Shown piece by piece: positions 17,587 to 19,769 of a stretch of 19,769 nt of DNA. The position numbers were made by a program, and so were the translations under genes. Numbering within the stretch: the first letter of the stretch is position 1; each line of letters begins with the position of its first letter. Below the pieces are notes generated by a model, which saw nothing but the letters and a program-made list of their open reading frames with translations, did no database searches and was not told the origin of the DNA. Source of the stretch: Methanomicrobiales archaeon. Lineage in GTDB: Archaea > Halobacteriota > Methanomicrobia > Methanomicrobiales > Methanospirillaceae. Location: positions 1-19,769 of the forward strand of contig JBAXJR010000042.1 of assembly GCA_037137755.1 (NCBI GenBank), written 5' to 3'.

Positions 17587-18618
17587 ATGAGAAAATTGTT
17601 AAACACCCTCTATGTGACAACTCCGGAATCATTTCTGCACAAGGATGGAGAAAATGTCATCATCAAGGTAGGTAACGAGGAGCGGTTCCGAATCCCAATC
17701 CACAATCTAGAAAGTATCGTCTGCTTTGGTTATATGGGGGCAAGCCCTTCCCTGATGCGGTTATGTTCAGATAACAATGTCGGCCTTTCATTCCTGACAC
17801 CACATGGAAAATTTCTCGGTCGAGTGAGTGGCAAGGTCCGGGGAAATGTACTCCTGCGACGCACTCAGTACCGGGTAGCTGATAATTTAGACGCATCACT
17901 TAATCTCGCAAAATGTTTCATGTTGGGGAAAATCGTCAACTGCCGGACAGTGTTAGGGAGGACCATTCGCGATCACAGCGATGTTATAAAATGTGATAAG
18001 GTCCGGTGCACGGATGCTCTCCTGATTGAGAATCTCTCCAAAATTGAGGGATGCAAGGATGCGGATTCCCTTCGTGGAATTGAGGGTAACTGTGCAAAGT
18101 TCTACTTCGATGTTTTTGACGAACTGATCCTCAGGCAGAAGGAGGATTTCTTCCTGAACGAACGAAACCGGAGGCCTCCACGTGACAATATGAATGCTTT
18201 GTTATCATTTCTCTACACGCTTCTCGCTCACGACATAGAGTCGGCACTTGAGACAGTTGGACTTGACCCATATGTTGGATTTTTCCACACTGACCGGCCG
18301 GGACGGGCAAGTCTTGCACTCGATATGATGGAGGAACTCCGGCCATTTATTGCAGATCGCCTTGCTTTGAACCTTGTAAATCTCCAGCAGGTGTGCGGTG
18401 ATGATTTCCTGAAAAAAGAAAGCGGCGGGATAATTATGACCGACAAAGGACGAAAGGAAGTGTTGGCAGCCTGGCAGAAACGGAAGCAGGATGAAATTAC
18501 GCACCCGTACCTGAACGAGAAAATTCCCATTGGGCTTCTTCCCTATGTCCAGGCGATGATGATGGCCCGGTTTCTCAGGGGCGATATCGATGGATATCCA
18601 CCGTTCTTCATGAATTGA
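17587..18618 (+). CDS. cas1: Type I-C CRISPR integrase Cas1 (343 aa from MRKLLNTLYVT)
   Basis: MRKLLNTLYVT, GNVLLRRTQY, LRGIEG, RNRRPPRD.MNALLSFLY, GLDPYVGFFH.DRPGR.SLALDMMEELR. An upstream in-frame ATG exists at 17527. Confidence 0.96.
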   Translation: MRKLLNTLYVTTPESFLHKDGENVIIKVGNEERFRIPIHNLESIVCFGYMGASPSLMRLCSDNNVGLSFLTPHGKFLGRVSGKVRGNVLLRRTQYRVADNLDASLNLAKCFMLGKIVNCRTVLGRTIRDHSDVIKCDKVRCTDALLIENLSKIEGCKDADSLRGIEGNCAKFYFDVFDELILRQKEDFFLNERNRRPPRDNMNALLSFLYTLLAHDIESALETVGLDPYVGFFHTDRPGRASLALDMMEELRPFIADRLALNLVNLQQVCGDDFLKKESGGIIMTDKGRKEVLAAWQKRKQDEITHPYLNEKIPIGLLPYVQAMMMARFLRGDIDGYPPFFMN

Positions 18619-18628
18619 GGTAGTCAAT

Positions 18629-18919
18629 ATGATGGTCCTGGTTACATACGATGTAAACACCAAAACACCTGAAGGAAGGAAAAGACTCCGGCATGTTGCA
18701 AAAGAATGCGTGAATTATGGACAAAGAGTTCAGAATTCCGTTTTCGAATGTCTTGTAGATTCCGCCCAGTTTGCAAACCTTAAACATTCATTGCGCAGTA
18801 TTATGGATATCGAAAAGGATAGTATCAGGTTCTATTATCTTGGAAAAAACTGGCAAAACCGCATAGAGCACCTTGGTGCAAAAGAGGGATATAATCCAGA
18901 AGGCTTATTAGTCACATAA
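18629..18919 (+). CDS. cas2: CRISPR-associated Cas2
   Basis: MMVLVTYDV...KRLRHVAKEC.NYGQRVQNSVFEC...DSIRFYYLG. SD GAGGT upstream. Confidence 0.96.
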   Translation: MMVLVTYDVNTKTPEGRKRLRHVAKECVNYGQRVQNSVFECLVDSAQFANLKHSLRSIMDIEKDSIRFYYLGKNWQNRIEHLGAKEGYNPEGLLVT

Positions 18920-19070
18920 TCGTCGCGAACCTACAGTGAACATGGTTTTCCGGGTATGTTCGCAGCAAAATTAAGTATCTTACGTAAATATATTACGGTA
19001 TTAGTTACTCGGATTATTTACTTGATCTCAAATTCAACGGAATTGTCCGGGTTCTAAACGAATATTTGCA
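18920..19070 (+). promoter_or_regulatory. CRISPR leader
   Basis: 151-bp mostly AT-rich non-coding segment between cas2 and the first repeat. It contains the inverted repeat GCGAACCTAC...GTATGTTCGC (18925-18963) and a TATA-like palindrome CGTAAATATATTACG (18983-18997). Confidence 0.85.
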
Positions 19071-19769
19071 GTCACACCCTTCGCGGGTGTGTGGATTGAA
19101 ATGCCTTTGCCATTGGTTTGAACCGGGAAGGGAGGTCGTCACACCCTTCGCGGGTGTGTGGATTGAAATATCCACAGAGGGGTCTGTATAGGTGATTTCA
19201 ACCGTCACACCCTTCGCGGGTGTGTGGATTGAAATTTAAAAGAGGCAAGGGGGATTACTGCGGATTTACGTCACACCCTTCGCGGGTGTGTGGATTGAAA
19301 TTTAGTAGTAGTAGTAGTAGGAATACAGTATTCCAGTCACACCCTTCGCGGGTGTGTGGATTGAAATTTTTTATCATCCCAATGGGCCTTGTTATTCAGC
19401 CAGTCACACCCTTCGCGGGTGTGTGGATTGAAATAGCCCCCTGATACTGGTAATGATCCCGGGGGTTTTGTCACACCCTTCGCGGGTGTGTGGATTGAAA
19501 TAGGTCGAGGACCCGGACATCTACTTCCGTCCAGCCCGTCACACCCTTCGCGGGTGTGTGGATTGAAATTATGTGTCATGGGAAGTGGCAAACGCATACC
19601 AGGGTCACACCCTTCGCGGGTGTGTGGATTGAAATTTAAAAAACGCTATATTGTAGTCACGCCGTGAAGTCACACCCTTCGCGGGTGTGTGGATTGAAAT
19701 TCCAGCCTTGCTTACATGTACTACCTGAACACCGGCAGTCACACCCTTCGCGGGTGTGTGGATTGAAAT
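19071..19769 (+). CRISPR. Type I-C CRISPR array: 11 identical repeats GTCACACCCTTCGCGGGTGTGTGGATTGAAAT (32 nt), 10 spacers of 33-37 nt; likely continues past the window
   Basis: Repeats start at 19071, 19138, 19204, 19270, 19336, 19403, 19470, 19538, 19604, 19669 and 19738. The 7-bp stem CACACCC/GGGTGTG with a 5-nt loop and 11-nt 3' tail TGGATTGAAAT is typical of Cas5c substrates. Confidence 0.99.

Noticed and set aside
19236-19269. Spacer 3 loosely resembles the right end of repeat A copy 1 (shares TGCGGATT and a TTA..AA.AGG start with 9550-9580)
   Set aside because: It needs gaps and many mismatches, which is consistent with chance. I found no convincing self-targeting spacer in the window by eye.
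19014-19597. ORFs across the leader and array (19014-19208, 19220-19444, 19337-19597)
   Set aside because: These are translations of CRISPR repeats and spacers.

Overview
Archaeal-looking window, inferred to be Methanomicrobiales/Methanoregula-like from the receiver and kinase sequence style and the GGAGGTGA-type Shine-Dalgarno (SD) sites. From left to right it holds: (1) a 5'-truncated calcineurin-like metallophosphoesterase and a membrane protein; (2) a minus-strand signalling operon with two receiver-domain fragments, a REC-PocR-PAS-PAS histidine kinase and a 1330-aa REC+9xPAS protein with no output domain; (3) an AT-rich stretch with two small minus-strand genes separated by copies of a 121-bp non-coding repeat; (4) a complete type I-C CRISPR-Cas locus (cas3-cas5c-cas8c[+hidden cas11c]-cas7-cas4-cas1-cas2), a leader, and an array of 11 identical 32-nt repeats and 10 spacers that runs to the window end. 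The main unexplained structure is two families of dispersed direct repeats (65 bp x2; 121 bp x2 plus partial copies) that sit at the boundaries between unrelated gene modules, including just upstream of cas3. All alignments and counts were done by hand; no database searches were run.
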